This document shows, one piece after another, positions 40,701-50,354 of a DNA stretch of 64,000 nucleotides. A program made the position numbers and the translations under genes. Below the pieces are notes generated by a model, which worked only from the letters and a program-made list of their open reading frames with translations, was not told the origin of the DNA and did not search any database. The first letter of the stretch is position 1. Each line of letters begins with the position of its first letter. This DNA is from Candidatus Woesearchaeota archaeon (GTDB lineage: Archaea > Nanobdellota > Nanobdellia > Woesearchaeales > JAZDKJ01), in the NCBI GenBank assembly GCA_043803105.1, contig JAZDKJ010000012.1, positions 64,001-128,000 of the forward strand. The letters are read 5' to 3'.

Positions 40701-43700
40701 AGCAGCGGAATCTTGTACCTTGACAGCACAGCCCCCACTTGCATGAATTGTGTTCACAGCGACGGTGACTACACAAGCTCTAATGACAGCCTCCACTTCT
40801 ATTGGAGTTTTACTGAGCACGAATCAAGGATTGTCCAATACCAGTACGCGATAGGCACAAAGTGTTATCCATTCACAGGCTATACAAGCATAGTTCCAAA
40901 GACTAACACCACCCTGGCATCCGTTACCAGGACAGGCCTCCAACTTATTGACAGTCAGTCATATTGCTTGAGCGTAAAGGCCAGGAATGAGAACCAGATC
41001 TGGAGTCCCTGGAGGTTTGCCAATATTACTGTTGACATTTCGAAGCCCGTTAATGGCAGCATCAGCTACCCTGAAGGTTTTGTTTTCTCGGATGCGATTA
41101 CGGTTTCCTTCCGCGAGGGTAAAGATAATGTTAGTGGCATCAATAGGACTCAGCTTATGGTTGCTTCCCTGCCCCTGGTCGCAAATGATTGCGGTGGGAT
41201 ATACAACTACAACAACTACTTCAATTACACCTCGAATGTGTTGGGCCAGACTTATAGGACTGTTCCACTTGATCAAGGTAGGTGCTACAAGTTCCTCTTC
41301 AAGGTCATCGATAACGCTGGTAATGCTCAGGTATATCCTAAAGGTACTGTAAAGGTGGTGAAGGTTGACAAAACACCCCCGTCAACCTTCACTGTCACCT
41401 TGAACAACAATGCCTTCTACACCCAATCCAATACTCTTAACGTGAGGTGGACACAAAGCCAGGATCCTGAATCTGCGATTACCAAATATGCTTATGCATT
41501 GTTCATGCTTAACGGTAGCCAAGTTACTTCATACAGGAATACATCCTATACATCCTCAACTGCAAGCATAACAGCAGCACTCTTGCACGAAGAGAGTTAT
41601 TATGTCAAGGTAATTGCATTTAACGGCGGCAATGCCTCCACTGCAGTCAATAGCAATTCTGTTCTTTTCCTGGATTTCAATCCTCCCTCGCCCGTTGCAG
41701 TGAGGAAGGTTGACAATGATGTCAACGGCTCTAATGGCTGGCTTGACACTGATGCAGACAATTCCACGAGCATTACTGCTGAGGGTGAACTTGGCATTGA
41801 TTGCATAATCTCAAGGTATAATATTGATTATACTGACTCGCCCCTGCCTTATGTGAGCCAGTGTCTAATTCAAGGGGGAGGTCCAAATATTACGTGCTCC
41901 CTTAACATCACTGACGGAAACTATACCTATTATATCGTGTGCAGAGACACTAACGGCAACTCCCAGGACGCCTCGCTTAGCACGCCAGTGAATTTCATTG
42001 TGGACAAGTATGGCCCCAACATTACTATCATGAAGCCTGCAAGGAACCAGACTGTCGGCGGCAAAGTTGACCTTGATGCAGAAATTCGCGATTATGTGGG
42101 TGTTGATGAGGCAATCTACAGGATAATCAAGATTGATAACACGATAATGGCCAACGGCACCTTGCACTCGCCTTTATGGAATGCCACCTGGAACACCATA
42201 AACAAGAATTACAGCGGTCTGTTCTACTTTTTTGTTTGGGCAAATGATACCCTTGGAAGAAGGTCCAATGCATCGGTCAACTTCTCAATCAATAACAGGG
42301 TTCCCATAGTGGACATTGTCAGCCCTGCTTATGTCAACAATAATTTTACCTTGATAATAAATGCGCAGTTGTTTGTTAATGTGAGTTTCAACATTACAAA
42401 CCGCACCAAGTCGCTGCTTGTCTACAAGAAGAACAACTGGACCTCTATGAGGACCTATTTATCTTGGTCCAATTTAATCAACATAATGAGTCCTGCCTGG
42501 GCAGAGGGCAATTACACCATTAACGCGTGGGCAGTAAACCTTAACAAGAACAAGACGCTTAAGAGTTCTGTTTTCACTGTTGACCTCCATGCTCCAAAGT
42601 ATTCAAACATCTTAAACACATCAGCCAAGACTTATTACAGGACCGGAACCATTAATCTTACCGTTTCTTGGTCTGACAACTTCAAGCTTGGAGCTGTAAA
42701 GTTCCGCCATAATGTCACAGGAAACTGGACTAACGAAACCGCAGTTTTGGCTGGCACTGTTTACCGGGTCCAGATCCCATCTTCAGCCTTGTCGACAGGC
42801 CAAAGCATAGGCTGGTTCTCTTTTGCTAAAGATATGGCCAACAACTCCAATACCTCGATGCCGGTGCGCTCATTCACTTTGGGCAATCGGGCCCCTGTGC
42901 TTGCCGCCTTGCCAAATCAGACAATCAACGCAACCGATACTGTCACAATCATAGCTTCTGCTACTGACCCAGACCAGGACAATCGTACTTACTACATCAA
43001 TGACTCAAGGTTTAATCACGCCTCTCTCTATTCCAATATGTTTAATTGGACTACAGACATTAATGATTCAGGTCTTCATGTTGTTAACCTTACTGCCAGT
43101 GATGGCCGCATCAACGTTTCCAGAAAGGTTTGGATCACGGTCCTGGCTGTAGATGACACTGATGGTGACGGAATTCCAGATTATAAGGAGACAGATTCTG
43201 ACAATGATGGCTTTAACAACACAATAGATTTCCTTAATGGCTATCCAAGCAATGTGAAGACCAACATTGCCAATTTCAATTGTTCCATTGCAGTCAACTC
43301 CACTGCCAAGACTTTCAATTTTGGGCAGCTCTTTACCGGCACCAGGATAATCAATTGCACCAACACATCCTCGCCAATCTTGACCTTCTCCTACAACTTC
43401 AGTAAGCAGGTGACCCTGCACATGATTCGCATCAATGTTACAAGGCAACCCGCAGGCAGTGAGTACGGTTGGATTATTGTTCGAGGACTAAGCCTATTGC
43501 CTGGAACAACCAAGACAGTCTTTGTTAATCATATAAACTCTACCTCTAGTGGTGTCTGCATAAAGGATGCAACCAATGTAACTTCTGTTAGTCAATTTAC
43601 CTCTTCCTGCACTGGCACAAATGAGTTTTTGATTGCTTGCGATGGTCATGAATACTATAGCAAGTATACGTGCACGCTAGCAAATTCTTCCTACAAAGTT

Positions 43701-44627
43701 GATGGCTTAAGATACTCTGCAGTAAAGGAACAGCGTGTTGGCTCATCTCAAGTTCAACAAATAGTCCCTCCTTCAACCGGAGGTGGCGGTGGTGGTGGAG
43801 GTGGCTTGGCCAAGGCAAAACCTCAATGCAGCAATAACCTTGATGATGACCATGATGGCTTAATCGACCTTGCAGACCCAGGTTGCACAGACAAGCTTGA
43901 CAACAGTGAGGCCGAACCTATAGAATCTTGGGTATGTACTGACTGGAGTGAGTGCTCAGCACAAGGTATTCAGAAGCGCAGCTGTGTCGACAAGAACAAC
44001 TGTGGTACCTACAAGTTTGTGCCTGAGGAGCAAAGGGCCTGTAAGCCGGTCTTTCAGGCTGGACTTGAAATTAGTCCCACTTGTTTTGATGGATTGCAGA
44101 ATGACGGGGAGACAGGTCTTGATTGCGGTGGCGTCTGCCCCGCATGCCCGACGTGCGTTGATAACATAAGGAATCAGGGCGAGCTCGGAGTGGATTGCAG
44201 TGGTCCTTGTCCTGCATGTACCCGGCCTCCTGTGGCTGAACAGCCGAAGAAGACTTTCCCATATTCGTTGTTGTTGCTTTCAAGCTTGGTTATATTGATT
44301 GTTGCCGCTGCGGTGTTGTATCCTCAGTTGACAAAGCAGAAAAGAAAGGTCTTTTCTCCCTTGAAGCAGCAGCGCCTCCTGGAGGCTCAAGAATACGTGC
44401 TTTCCAGCCTTCACAATGGCTTGCCCAGGAGTGAGATTGAGGCAGCTCTCCTTGCAAAAGGCTGGCCTGTTGACATGATAAATAAGCTCATCAAGCTGGA
44501 GAACTATGTGCGCGTCGCTTGTTCCAGAGGCCATTCCGGTGAGATGATTTCCTCTTCACTTCAGAAGGTTGGCTGGCAGCCCGAGTTGATTGATGAGATA
44601 CTTGATTATTGCCGTAAAGGCACATAA
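34746..44627 (+). CDS. Giant (3293 aa) membrane-anchored cell-surface protein
   Basis: Signal peptide, repeated Ig/FnIII-like beta-rich modules, many N-x-S/T sequons, DxDxDG Ca-binding motifs, Cys-rich CxDGxxNxGExGxDC repeats, C-terminal TM. Confidence 0.9.
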   Translation: MSFNLKAVLALLTLLCSLFIVYAIATSPNGNVAPTLVNVSGNLTFNIGWTGSNGDASQRVYICRNPGCAGCGPGICSSQYCYAWNETLAASPRSLQYQALQSDASASTTWYFFLVNTTGSQTSCTTGTGSFQVNHKPVFSINSILPASPLTTNDITCTATVSDSDSDTLTNVCSWNGCTGPCPACSISCNSGTCTATLSHTSTHAGNQIYCNFTSKDAHGLASDIASSSTVTVAYSGALTIVPDSALPSGNLEMGSSQIFNATNGAAPYSWHIHNGSAYCSIPSGVTASYITLTGNAVGNCTLNVTDADSRSDLSGRIHVVDTVAPAAVTNLQASDVLGDQGGVVMVSWVVSTNDNEVNRYWIMRSTLPASGFANIVNVSHGVSSYQDSAVNDLTRYYYHVWACDSLGNCGKTTSAVSAIPNAQPKMKSVNITPSVLTASTDVECLALAYDTDNESLSMTYRFDIMAFPPGGYTHNVTGNADCIYFGRNSTDQYGVKHANATTECRALLNHTHITKADKVVCTMVASDGKESSASMRISKSYVLVNNTAPYATNVRIVPQSPNGSSVLSCNYTFNDVDGDSEDLSAVRFKWYINNEGLNQFVEVQNQISKTLSGFFDKDDLVKCAVLVKDLDLSWLHDADYAAGYSNSSVVNIVDNALPQIIAYSVNSNSTKPIAVGQNVVFNVSWVDYEDPADTARLLVCDARSGSESQFSGANTSISFGDTNANSPKYVWFYTNQTGQYVQTIAVKPFKYVQNNEWTYAPDTLVQQGDKFISTILRNFTLEAFYDSDGSGTYDYGEPLIRENRTGAQRLVFNANLDTIISGTTPTDGSVLINLSAIGYRYHDRDSTNNFTAVDDIYWDRDNSRTISLNDYRKTIVTQSSERRLSTQFLYDIYVYEVAAVGDTEVNQTSVLIAEDHNDPFTLGVYNYFVPQYNAQPLAGKHLAFKFCIDSNDDAVCDSDSDFMNDSVYVHASNNTVGEYKVTTSQGIVFYNPDIKLNYHASSAYGCSNVQYCNTSLSSNHVLSCSYQAKDSDPSNNTFVLKVCDQKNGCSVERSGIFYVNHLSSVANVNISSSRVNYTDSANLNCTAYGQYDPDGNTVALSYRWYLSRGSGYTLYDIPSNRILSNGNTLVGDLWKCEVIPGDGFAPGYTRNSSPVLISNVSYSESRLYITSVTDDSNKTSPTNVGSKVSFRVGWSGLPSQVRAFVCNSSQIMDNGCLDFTFNSTSLTSQNPLLLTYTARQADTEENYWVKVCDNFGNCSNNYPGGSTKLNFSVNHLPTIAIVNISASPANYTDNSNLNCTAFQVSDADANNVLLTYKWFVKRGSTFEQFLAPSSQVLSNSNTFIGDVWKCEVLPFDGYVFGRAVNSSLVTIRNLSAESALAILSVTDASNSSLPTNVGDKVAFEVAWSGRASIVRMFVCNSSVIYSTGCAGFTFNSTAFTSANPITTTYTVRSTDFQENYWVRLCDVYGNCSQVFPSAGKTNFTVNHGPNASGIKVLTLSSWYGSVIVCNYTYRDIDLDAESGSEYRWYFDYGSGFEENIGETEKNITDFFSFSTPVKCAVRVKDSHGLSDSIFRNSSAVTLASSPGVPTLWPFPSVVKSNNLIIIGHIDQVPANLTAFANQGVLTPTQQSSYVTSNSTLYGQAYTVSDVASGRNYVLVSAGDSNLFSAGRFIQFNNHDRPYFLRYAILGKADLLDRTFRIDLAENLSSDVPAYTFMSVYNSSKPTGWFNISLNLFNGTNTVRVKARTSVSDWFSTENSVFVDLFPPELILGSLPSVSTLARITLSFNLSENYYAQQASKFLLLKITNKTGVTSFHPLNFSTNGSVYANAIPNISCSMVNFSYSACSVILSLKNGTYNLSFTLNDTAGHRINASRILVVNTSAIITTTVLNGYIDVHHNYLPSDFATTNNLTTNWTVLTGVSAYEYRLDRYNDSLFDRTIIPWKSNGLARAVNITNNVNITNGYVYKFVVRGKLSSGGYTQESSSSGILYLDSTAPTCMNCVHSDGDYTSSNDSLHFYWSFTEHESRIVQYQYAIGTKCYPFTGYTSIVPKTNTTLASVTRTGLQLIDSQSYCLSVKARNENQIWSPWRFANITVDISKPVNGSISYPEGFVFSDAITVSFREGKDNVSGINRTQLMVASLPLVANDCGGIYNYNNYFNYTSNVLGQTYRTVPLDQGRCYKFLFKVIDNAGNAQVYPKGTVKVVKVDKTPPSTFTVTLNNNAFYTQSNTLNVRWTQSQDPESAITKYAYALFMLNGSQVTSYRNTSYTSSTASITAALLHEESYYVKVIAFNGGNASTAVNSNSVLFLDFNPPSPVAVRKVDNDVNGSNGWLDTDADNSTSITAEGELGIDCIISRYNIDYTDSPLPYVSQCLIQGGGPNITCSLNITDGNYTYYIVCRDTNGNSQDASLSTPVNFIVDKYGPNITIMKPARNQTVGGKVDLDAEIRDYVGVDEAIYRIIKIDNTIMANGTLHSPLWNATWNTINKNYSGLFYFFVWANDTLGRRSNASVNFSINNRVPIVDIVSPAYVNNNFTLIINAQLFVNVSFNITNRTKSLLVYKKNNWTSMRTYLSWSNLINIMSPAWAEGNYTINAWAVNLNKNKTLKSSVFTVDLHAPKYSNILNTSAKTYYRTGTINLTVSWSDNFKLGAVKFRHNVTGNWTNETAVLAGTVYRVQIPSSALSTGQSIGWFSFAKDMANNSNTSMPVRSFTLGNRAPVLAALPNQTINATDTVTIIASATDPDQDNRTYYINDSRFNHASLYSNMFNWTTDINDSGLHVVNLTASDGRINVSRKVWITVLAVDDTDGDGIPDYKETDSDNDGFNNTIDFLNGYPSNVKTNIANFNCSIAVNSTAKTFNFGQLFTGTRIINCTNTSSPILTFSYNFSKQVTLHMIRINVTRQPAGSEYGWIIVRGLSLLPGTTKTVFVNHINSTSSGVCIKDATNVTSVSQFTSSCTGTNEFLIACDGHEYYSKYTCTLANSSYKVDGLRYSAVKEQRVGSSQVQQIVPPSTGGGGGGGGGLAKAKPQCSNNLDDDHDGLIDLADPGCTDKLDNSEAEPIESWVCTDWSECSAQGIQKRSCVDKNNCGTYKFVPEEQRACKPVFQAGLEISPTCFDGLQNDGETGLDCGGVCPACPTCVDNIRNQGELGVDCSGPCPACTRPPVAEQPKKTFPYSLLLLSSLVILIVAAAVLYPQLTKQKRKVFSPLKQQRLLEAQEYVLSSLHNGLPRSEIEAALLAKGWPVDMINKLIKLENYVRVACSRGHSGEMISSSLQKVGWQPELIDEILDYCRKGT

Positions 44628-44659
44628 GCTTTAAAAACACTGTTCCTGTTCTGCCAAAT

Positions 44660-45190
44660 ATGGTCAGCTACACGTACGAGCTAAAAATCCCTCATGAGAG
44701 GATTGCCGTTCTCATAGGGACTGACGGAAAGGTGAAGAAAGAACTAGAGGATCTTACAAAGACCTCTATAAGGATTGACTCTTCTGAGGGGGATATTTTT
44801 GTTTCTGGAGCAGATCCTATCGGCTTATACAACGCTCGCGAGATTATTCAGGCTGTCGGCCGTGGCTTCAACCCTGACTTGGCAAAGCTCTTGTTAAAGC
44901 CTGACTACTCATTTGAAGTGCTTGACCTTGCTGATTACTGCAAGACCAAGAATGATATGGTCAGGCTCAAAGGGCGTGTTATAGGTTTTGACGGCAAGTC
45001 CAGGCGCTTGATAGAATTTTTGACTGATGTTAATATTTCAGTTTACGGCAAGACCATCGGAATTATTGGCGAGGTTGCAAAGGTGATCCTTGCCAGACGC
45101 GCTGTTGATGCATTGCTTCGCGGTTCAACACATTCAAAAGTATATCATTGGCTTGAAGCCCAGAGAAGAGACTTGAAATCTGCATTATGA
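44660..45190 (+). CDS. KH-domain rRNA processing protein Dim2/Pno1
   Basis: RIAVLIG.DG, AVGRGF, RLKGRVIG, VYGKT. Confidence 0.93.
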   Translation: MVSYTYELKIPHERIAVLIGTDGKVKKELEDLTKTSIRIDSSEGDIFVSGADPIGLYNAREIIQAVGRGFNPDLAKLLLKPDYSFEVLDLADYCKTKNDMVRLKGRVIGFDGKSRRLIEFLTDVNISVYGKTIGIIGEVAKVILARRAVDALLRGSTHSKVYHWLEAQRRDLKSAL

Positions 45191-46827
45191 CTCAAGACGA
45201 AAAAAACGGGATCATCGCCTATGAATTGGCAAAGCAGCAGCGTGACATAGGCGTGGCAGAGTTCTTCTCAAGGAATCGTCACCTTTTGGGCTTTGATAAC
45301 AAGAGGAAGGCCCTTCTCACAACCATCAAAGAGGCTGTTGACAACGCCCTTGATGCCTGCGAAGAGGCTCGCATCATGCCTGAGGTCATCATTGAGGTTG
45401 TTGACATGCAGGACGACCGTTTCAAGGTCATTGTTGAGGACAACGGTCCGGGAATCGTGAAAAAGCAGATCCCTAACATTTTTGCTAAGCTCTTGTACGG
45501 CAGCAAGTTTCATACCCTGAAGCAGTCCAGGGGCCAGCAAGGTATTGGTATTAGCGCTGCAGTCATGTACGGCCAGCTCACTACAGGCAAGCCCGCAAAA
45601 ATTACCTCAAGGATTGATCCTGCAGAACCTTCCCATTATTTTGAGCTTAGGATTAACACCCAGCAGAACAAGCCTGAGATTATCAAGGAGGAGGTTGTTG
45701 ATTGGAAGAAAGACCATGGCACAAAGATTGAGATTGATCTGGAGGCATCTTACATTGCAGGAGGCCAGTCAATTGATGAATACCTGAAACAGACTGCTAT
45801 CGTAAATCCTCACGTCACGATTATTTACACAAATCCAAAGGCAGAGCAGACTGTTTTTGCGCGTGCAGTTGACCGTCTGCCAATAGAGCCAAAGTCCATA
45901 AAGCCCCATCCCTATGGTGTTGAATTGGGCAACCTCATTTCAATGCTTAGGTATACTGAAGCAAAGACTCTCCAGAGTTTTCTTGTTAATGAGTTCAGTA
46001 GAGTGGGCAGCGGCACTGCAAAGCAGATTTGCGAAAACGCTGCGCTCTTGCCTAACACAAAGCCTCAAACAATGTCCAGGGAGATGACTGAGCAACTAAT
46101 GAAGGGTATCTCTCAAACAAAGCTTGTTAATCCTCCAACCGAGTGCATTTCTCCAATTACGGGTGAGGACCTTGAGAAGGGTCTAAGAAAAGAGGTCAAT
46201 GCAGAGTTTTATTTTGCTATCTCCAGGCCACCTTCTGTCTATAGGGGTAATCCATTTCTGATTGAGGCAGGTCTTGCTTACGGTGGTAACCAGCCTGCAG
46301 ATGATACTGTGCGGCTAATTCGTTTTGCAAACCGTGTTCCTTTGTTGTACCAGCAGAGCGCCTGCGCAATTACAAGATCAGTTATCAACACAGCCTGGAA
46401 AAGTTATGGTCTAAACCAAAGTAGGGGTGCCTTGCCTAGTGGCCCTATAACAATTGTTGTTCACATTGCTTCTGTCTGGGTACCCTTTACTTCAGAGAGC
46501 AAAGAAGCAATTGCCCATTATCCGGAAATTATTAAGGAGATTAAGCTCTGCCTGCAAGAGCTTGGCAGAAAGCTTCAGCTTCACGTGCATAAAAAAAAGC
46601 AGGTGCAGCACCAGCTCGAGCGCGCCAATCTTTTTGAGAAATACATTCCTGAGGTTGCTGATTCGCTTGCAAGGCTCACCGGATTAACTAAAGAGCCTTT
46701 ATTGAGAAAGCTCCAGGAGATGATTAAGAAGTCAGAAATCCAAAGAGAGATTATGCAGATGGAAGAACTCAAGGGAGACTCTGAATCGGCATCAAAAACC
46801 TCCAAAAGGTCGGAGGAGGACGACTGA
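45187..46827 (+). CDS. top6B: DNA topoisomerase VI subunit B
   Basis: EAVDNALDACE, DNGPG, QSRGQQGIG, RFANRVPL. Confidence 0.97.
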   Translation: MTQDEKNGIIAYELAKQQRDIGVAEFFSRNRHLLGFDNKRKALLTTIKEAVDNALDACEEARIMPEVIIEVVDMQDDRFKVIVEDNGPGIVKKQIPNIFAKLLYGSKFHTLKQSRGQQGIGISAAVMYGQLTTGKPAKITSRIDPAEPSHYFELRINTQQNKPEIIKEEVVDWKKDHGTKIEIDLEASYIAGGQSIDEYLKQTAIVNPHVTIIYTNPKAEQTVFARAVDRLPIEPKSIKPHPYGVELGNLISMLRYTEAKTLQSFLVNEFSRVGSGTAKQICENAALLPNTKPQTMSREMTEQLMKGISQTKLVNPPTECISPITGEDLEKGLRKEVNAEFYFAISRPPSVYRGNPFLIEAGLAYGGNQPADDTVRLIRFANRVPLLYQQSACAITRSVINTAWKSYGLNQSRGALPSGPITIVVHIASVWVPFTSESKEAIAHYPEIIKEIKLCLQELGRKLQLHVHKKKQVQHQLERANLFEKYIPEVADSLARLTGLTKEPLLRKLQEMIKKSEIQREIMQMEELKGDSESASKTSKRSEEDD

Positions 46828-46828
46828 G

Positions 46829-47914
46829 ATGGACCAATCAGGCAAAGCAAAAAATGAGCTTGTAAAGCTTGGAAAAAGCATTGTTGAAGACATCAATAAA
46901 GGCAGGAATCCGAAGATTGAGCTATCAGTTCGTGGTTTAAGTAATGTTGTTTACGACAAAGAATCTAAGACCCTTGGCCTTGGTGATAAAACTGCACAAC
47001 GCTATTTCTTTAACATTGGGCAGTCAAAGAAATTCCTGCAGACTATTGAGATTGCTTCTATTTGCAAGAATCTCCTTGATGTTGCAAAGCATGCAAGCTT
47101 AAGGGATGTCTTTTACATGGCAAAAAGGACTATTCCTAGCACAAATATTAATCTTGTGGATGAGCAGAAAGAATCAGACAAAGCTATCGAAGACCTTGAG
47201 CTTATCACCGGTTATTCGAGGGAGTGCCTGAATGTTAACGCCAACAAGATGGGTTCTGTTGCAGGCAACGTTGTAGTTGAAGACAGGGGAGATATAATTG
47301 ACTGGTCCAAACTAGGGTCTGGCGGCTGGTCCATTCCAAGCAATGTTGAAGACATCAAGTTCAAGAAAGTGGTTGCGAACTACGTCATCTATATGGAAAA
47401 GGCTGCTGTCTGGGAGCGCCTTCATGAGGACCGCTTCTGGCAAAAGCAGAACTGTATTATAGTATCTTCACAAGGCCAGACCACTCGTGGCATTAGGCGT
47501 CTTTTGCAAAGGTTGAATACTGAGCACAAATTGCCCATTTATGTCCTCGCTGATAATGATCCATGGGGGTGGTACATTTACTCAGTTTTGAAGTTTGGCT
47601 CGATAAGCCTTGCGCATATGGCTGAAGAGATGGCTATTCCCAGCGTGAAGTTCATTGGAATTACCTGTGATGACGTGACGAATTATGACCTAAAACGCCA
47701 TTTCATCAAATTGACCGATCAAGATCTTCAAAGGCTAACGCAGATGCAGAATTATGATTGGTTTGTTAAGCACAAGGAGTGGCAGAAGCAGTTCAAGATG
47801 ATGAAGGATTTCGGCGCTAAAGTTGAGATTCAGTCACTTTCAAGCAAGGGCATCTCTTTTATTTCTGAGAAATATCTTCCTGAGAAGATCAAGAACCAGG
47901 ATTGGCTTGATTAG
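46829..47914 (+). CDS. top6A: DNA topoisomerase VI subunit A
   Basis: LRDVFY, EKAAVWERL, DNDPWGWYI. Confidence 0.96.
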   Translation: MDQSGKAKNELVKLGKSIVEDINKGRNPKIELSVRGLSNVVYDKESKTLGLGDKTAQRYFFNIGQSKKFLQTIEIASICKNLLDVAKHASLRDVFYMAKRTIPSTNINLVDEQKESDKAIEDLELITGYSRECLNVNANKMGSVAGNVVVEDRGDIIDWSKLGSGGWSIPSNVEDIKFKKVVANYVIYMEKAAVWERLHEDRFWQKQNCIIVSSQGQTTRGIRRLLQRLNTEHKLPIYVLADNDPWGWYIYSVLKFGSISLAHMAEEMAIPSVKFIGITCDDVTNYDLKRHFIKLTDQDLQRLTQMQNYDWFVKHKEWQKQFKMMKDFGAKVEIQSLSSKGISFISEKYLPEKIKNQDWLD

Positions 47915-48672
47915 GTGCATAGCTTCCCCGATTCTCTTGCTTTCTTTATTGAGTAAGACAAGAACCATAATGCAAAGCAAAGCCATGCTAGGCTTACAAT
48001 AATCATTCCAAAATAATTTGCGCTGCCCAGGCCTATCATTGATTTCAATAGCTCAAACCCATAGAAAGTCGGTAATATGTGCACAAACATTACAATAATT
48101 TTCGGGAATACTGATATTGGATAGTACACCCCTGATAATAGCACGAACAGGTCTGGAAGCATGAATGCGAATGTTATTGCCTTCTCAGTGTATCTTATCA
48201 CAAAACCAAATGTAATCATTCCGAGTATAAGCCCTGTGAAGCAGAGATATCCGATTCCGATTACAAACTTGAACATGTCAACAATATGGAAAGAGAACAG
48301 GCTGTATGCAAAAATTAGGTATATACTTAAGACTATAAGGAATTTTATCAGCCCAGATACTGCCCCTGCTATTACTATGTCTCGCATTCTGAGCGGTGTA
48401 ACAAGCTGCTGTGCAGTGTTCTTTGCCCAATAGTCATCCATGTATGAGATGTTTGATTCTATCTGGAAATGATACACTGCCCTCCAGCCCATAAGCCCCA
48501 TGATTGCCATCGCAAGTATCTGCGCTGTGGGGCTGATATATTTCAGGAAGAGCGTTATCGCAAAAAAAAGTATTATCGGCCATACCGTTATGTCAAACAG
48601 CCTGAAATGGTTCCTTCTCACCAAAATCAGGTTCTTGTATAGCTCTGCCCGCACTGTTGACATTCTATTCAC
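47911..48672 (-). CDS. ABC-2 type transporter permease
   Basis: About 6 TM, LSGVYYPIS. Confidence 0.88.
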   Translation of the reverse strand: MNRMSTVRAELYKNLILVRRNHFRLFDITVWPIILFFAITLFLKYISPTAQILAMAIMGLMGWRAVYHFQIESNISYMDDYWAKNTAQQLVTPLRMRDIVIAGAVSGLIKFLIVLSIYLIFAYSLFSFHIVDMFKFVIGIGYLCFTGLILGMITFGFVIRYTEKAITFAFMLPDLFVLLSGVYYPISVFPKIIVMFVHILPTFYGFELLKSMIGLGSANYFGMIIVSLAWLCFALWFLSYSIKKARESGKLCT

Positions 48673-49579
48673 CCGTTATTTCAAGGAACGCTTCCTCAAG
48701 GTTTGGCCCTATTTGTCTTATTGAGATGATTTCATGGTCCAATGCAACTATCTTCCTTATCAGCATGCCTGCATCTTTTTGCTCTTTTGTTTCAATGATG
48801 ATTTTCTCTCCCACCTGTTTGATTTTGCTGATTTCCTTGTAGCCTTTGATTTCTTGTGTGAGCTGCTTTGCCTCTCTTGTTACCACTTCTATTGCTTTCT
48901 TGTTCTTTGTCTTGCCCTTTATCTCAGCTACTGTGCCTATATGCCTTATCTTGCCGCCAGAGATAAGTACTATCCTGTCGCAAAGCTGCTCCACTTCGTT
49001 TAGGTTGTGTGATGTGAAGAGTATTGTCGTTCCTTTTTCTTTCAGCTTTTCTATTATGATTCTTATTTTTCTTGCCATCCCAACATCAAGCCCTACTGTG
49101 GGCTCGTCCATAAACATGATTTCCGGGTCGTTTACCAATGATTTTGCCAATAGCACCCTCTGCTTGTAGCCTGATGACAGGTCCCTTATTACTGTATCCG
49201 CATGGCTGCCAAGGCCGAACTTATCTATCAGTCCGTTGATATCCTTTCTTGATGAATAGAGCATTGCAAAATAAGTAAGGTATTCTTTCACTGTTAGGTT
49301 TATTGCAACCATTGTGAATCCTGAGACTATGTTGATCCTTGGTTTTATTTTCTCGAGGTTGGTGTCAAGGTCCATTCCAGCTATTTTGACAATGCCCTTG
49401 TCCTTTGTGAGAAGTCCGCATAGTATGCTGATTAGTGTGGTCTTTCCTGCGCCGTTTGCCCCCAGGAGCCCAACTATCTCTCCCTTCTTGACAGTAAAAG
49501 ACACCTTGTCTAGTGCCTTGGTCTTTCTTTCTCCTTCCATGAATGTCTTGGTTACATCCTTTATTTCTATTGCATCCAT
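48665..49579 (-). CDS. ABC transporter ATP-binding protein
   Basis: GANGAGKTT, LSSG, MDEPTVGLD, H-loop. Confidence 0.95.
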   Translation of the reverse strand: MDAIEIKDVTKTFMEGERKTKALDKVSFTVKKGEIVGLLGANGAGKTTLISILCGLLTKDKGIVKIAGMDLDTNLEKIKPRINIVSGFTMVAINLTVKEYLTYFAMLYSSRKDINGLIDKFGLGSHADTVIRDLSSGYKQRVLLAKSLVNDPEIMFMDEPTVGLDVGMARKIRIIIEKLKEKGTTILFTSHNLNEVEQLCDRIVLISGGKIRHIGTVAEIKGKTKNKKAIEVVTREAKQLTQEIKGYKEISKIKQVGEKIIIETKEQKDAGMLIRKIVALDHEIISIRQIGPNLEEAFLEITGE

Positions 49580-49621
49580 TGTTTTTTTTGGGAGGTTTAT
49601 CTGTTTATTAAACTAACTCAA

Positions 49622-50260
49622 TTAAGAAATGATGTACTTCAAAAAAATATCAACAACAGAAGGATCAAACCATGTTCCGCTCTTTAATGGTATGTCTTTG
49701 AGAACCTGCTCTTTAGTCATCAGTTTTGTCCTATCCGCCATTGCGTCATAGTAGTCAGGCACTGCTACGATTCTTGCTAAGAGAGGAATATTTTCTCCAG
49801 ATACTCCGCGAGGACACCCACACTCTGCGTCGTATTTTGCATGGTGGAAACGAATAATATCCTTCACCACTCGATAAGTAACTTTGCTATATGGTATTAT
49901 ATCCTTTAGACTTGCCAGAAGTACATCAGTCCCCAGTTCAGTGTGGTTTTCAATGATGAACCTCTCGCGTGTGGTTAAATCTACTTTGTCTGCCAATATT
50001 GAAGCATCGTTGCCAATAATCAGGCTTTTGCCAATGTCATGCAGCACTGCTCCATCTTCCAAACCACGTTGATAGTCTGGAGTCATCAATTCTGTGTATT
50101 TTTCTACTATGAAGGGCATCATGCCAGAGACATGCCTACCTACATGAATAGAGTGCAGCATATGTCTTTGAGCTTCACTTGCCCGCTGTTCATCTTCAAG
50201 GCAGTACAAAACAAAGGCTCTTACCATTATCTGTTTTGCAGTCAAGACTTTATTGAGCAT
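49622..50260 (-). CDS. HD-GYP-like phosphohydrolase
   Basis: HS, LHDIGK, HH, GCP in place of GYP, IPLLARIVAVPDYYDAM. Confidence 0.88.
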   Translation of the reverse strand: MLNKVLTAKQIMVRAFVLYCLEDEQRASEAQRHMLHSIHVGRHVSGMMPFIVEKYTELMTPDYQRGLEDGAVLHDIGKSLIIGNDASILADKVDLTTRERFIIENHTELGTDVLLASLKDIIPYSKVTYRVVKDIIRFHHAKYDAECGCPRGVSGENIPLLARIVAVPDYYDAMADRTKLMTKEQVLKDIPLKSGTWFDPSVVDIFLKYIIS

Positions 50261-50354
50261 GCAAGGAACATTTTGATTATTTGCTTAAAAAGCTTGCGCA
50301 CAGACAAGGCACTCAGCAACTTTTATAAACAGAATAACACTTCAATTGACCAAT

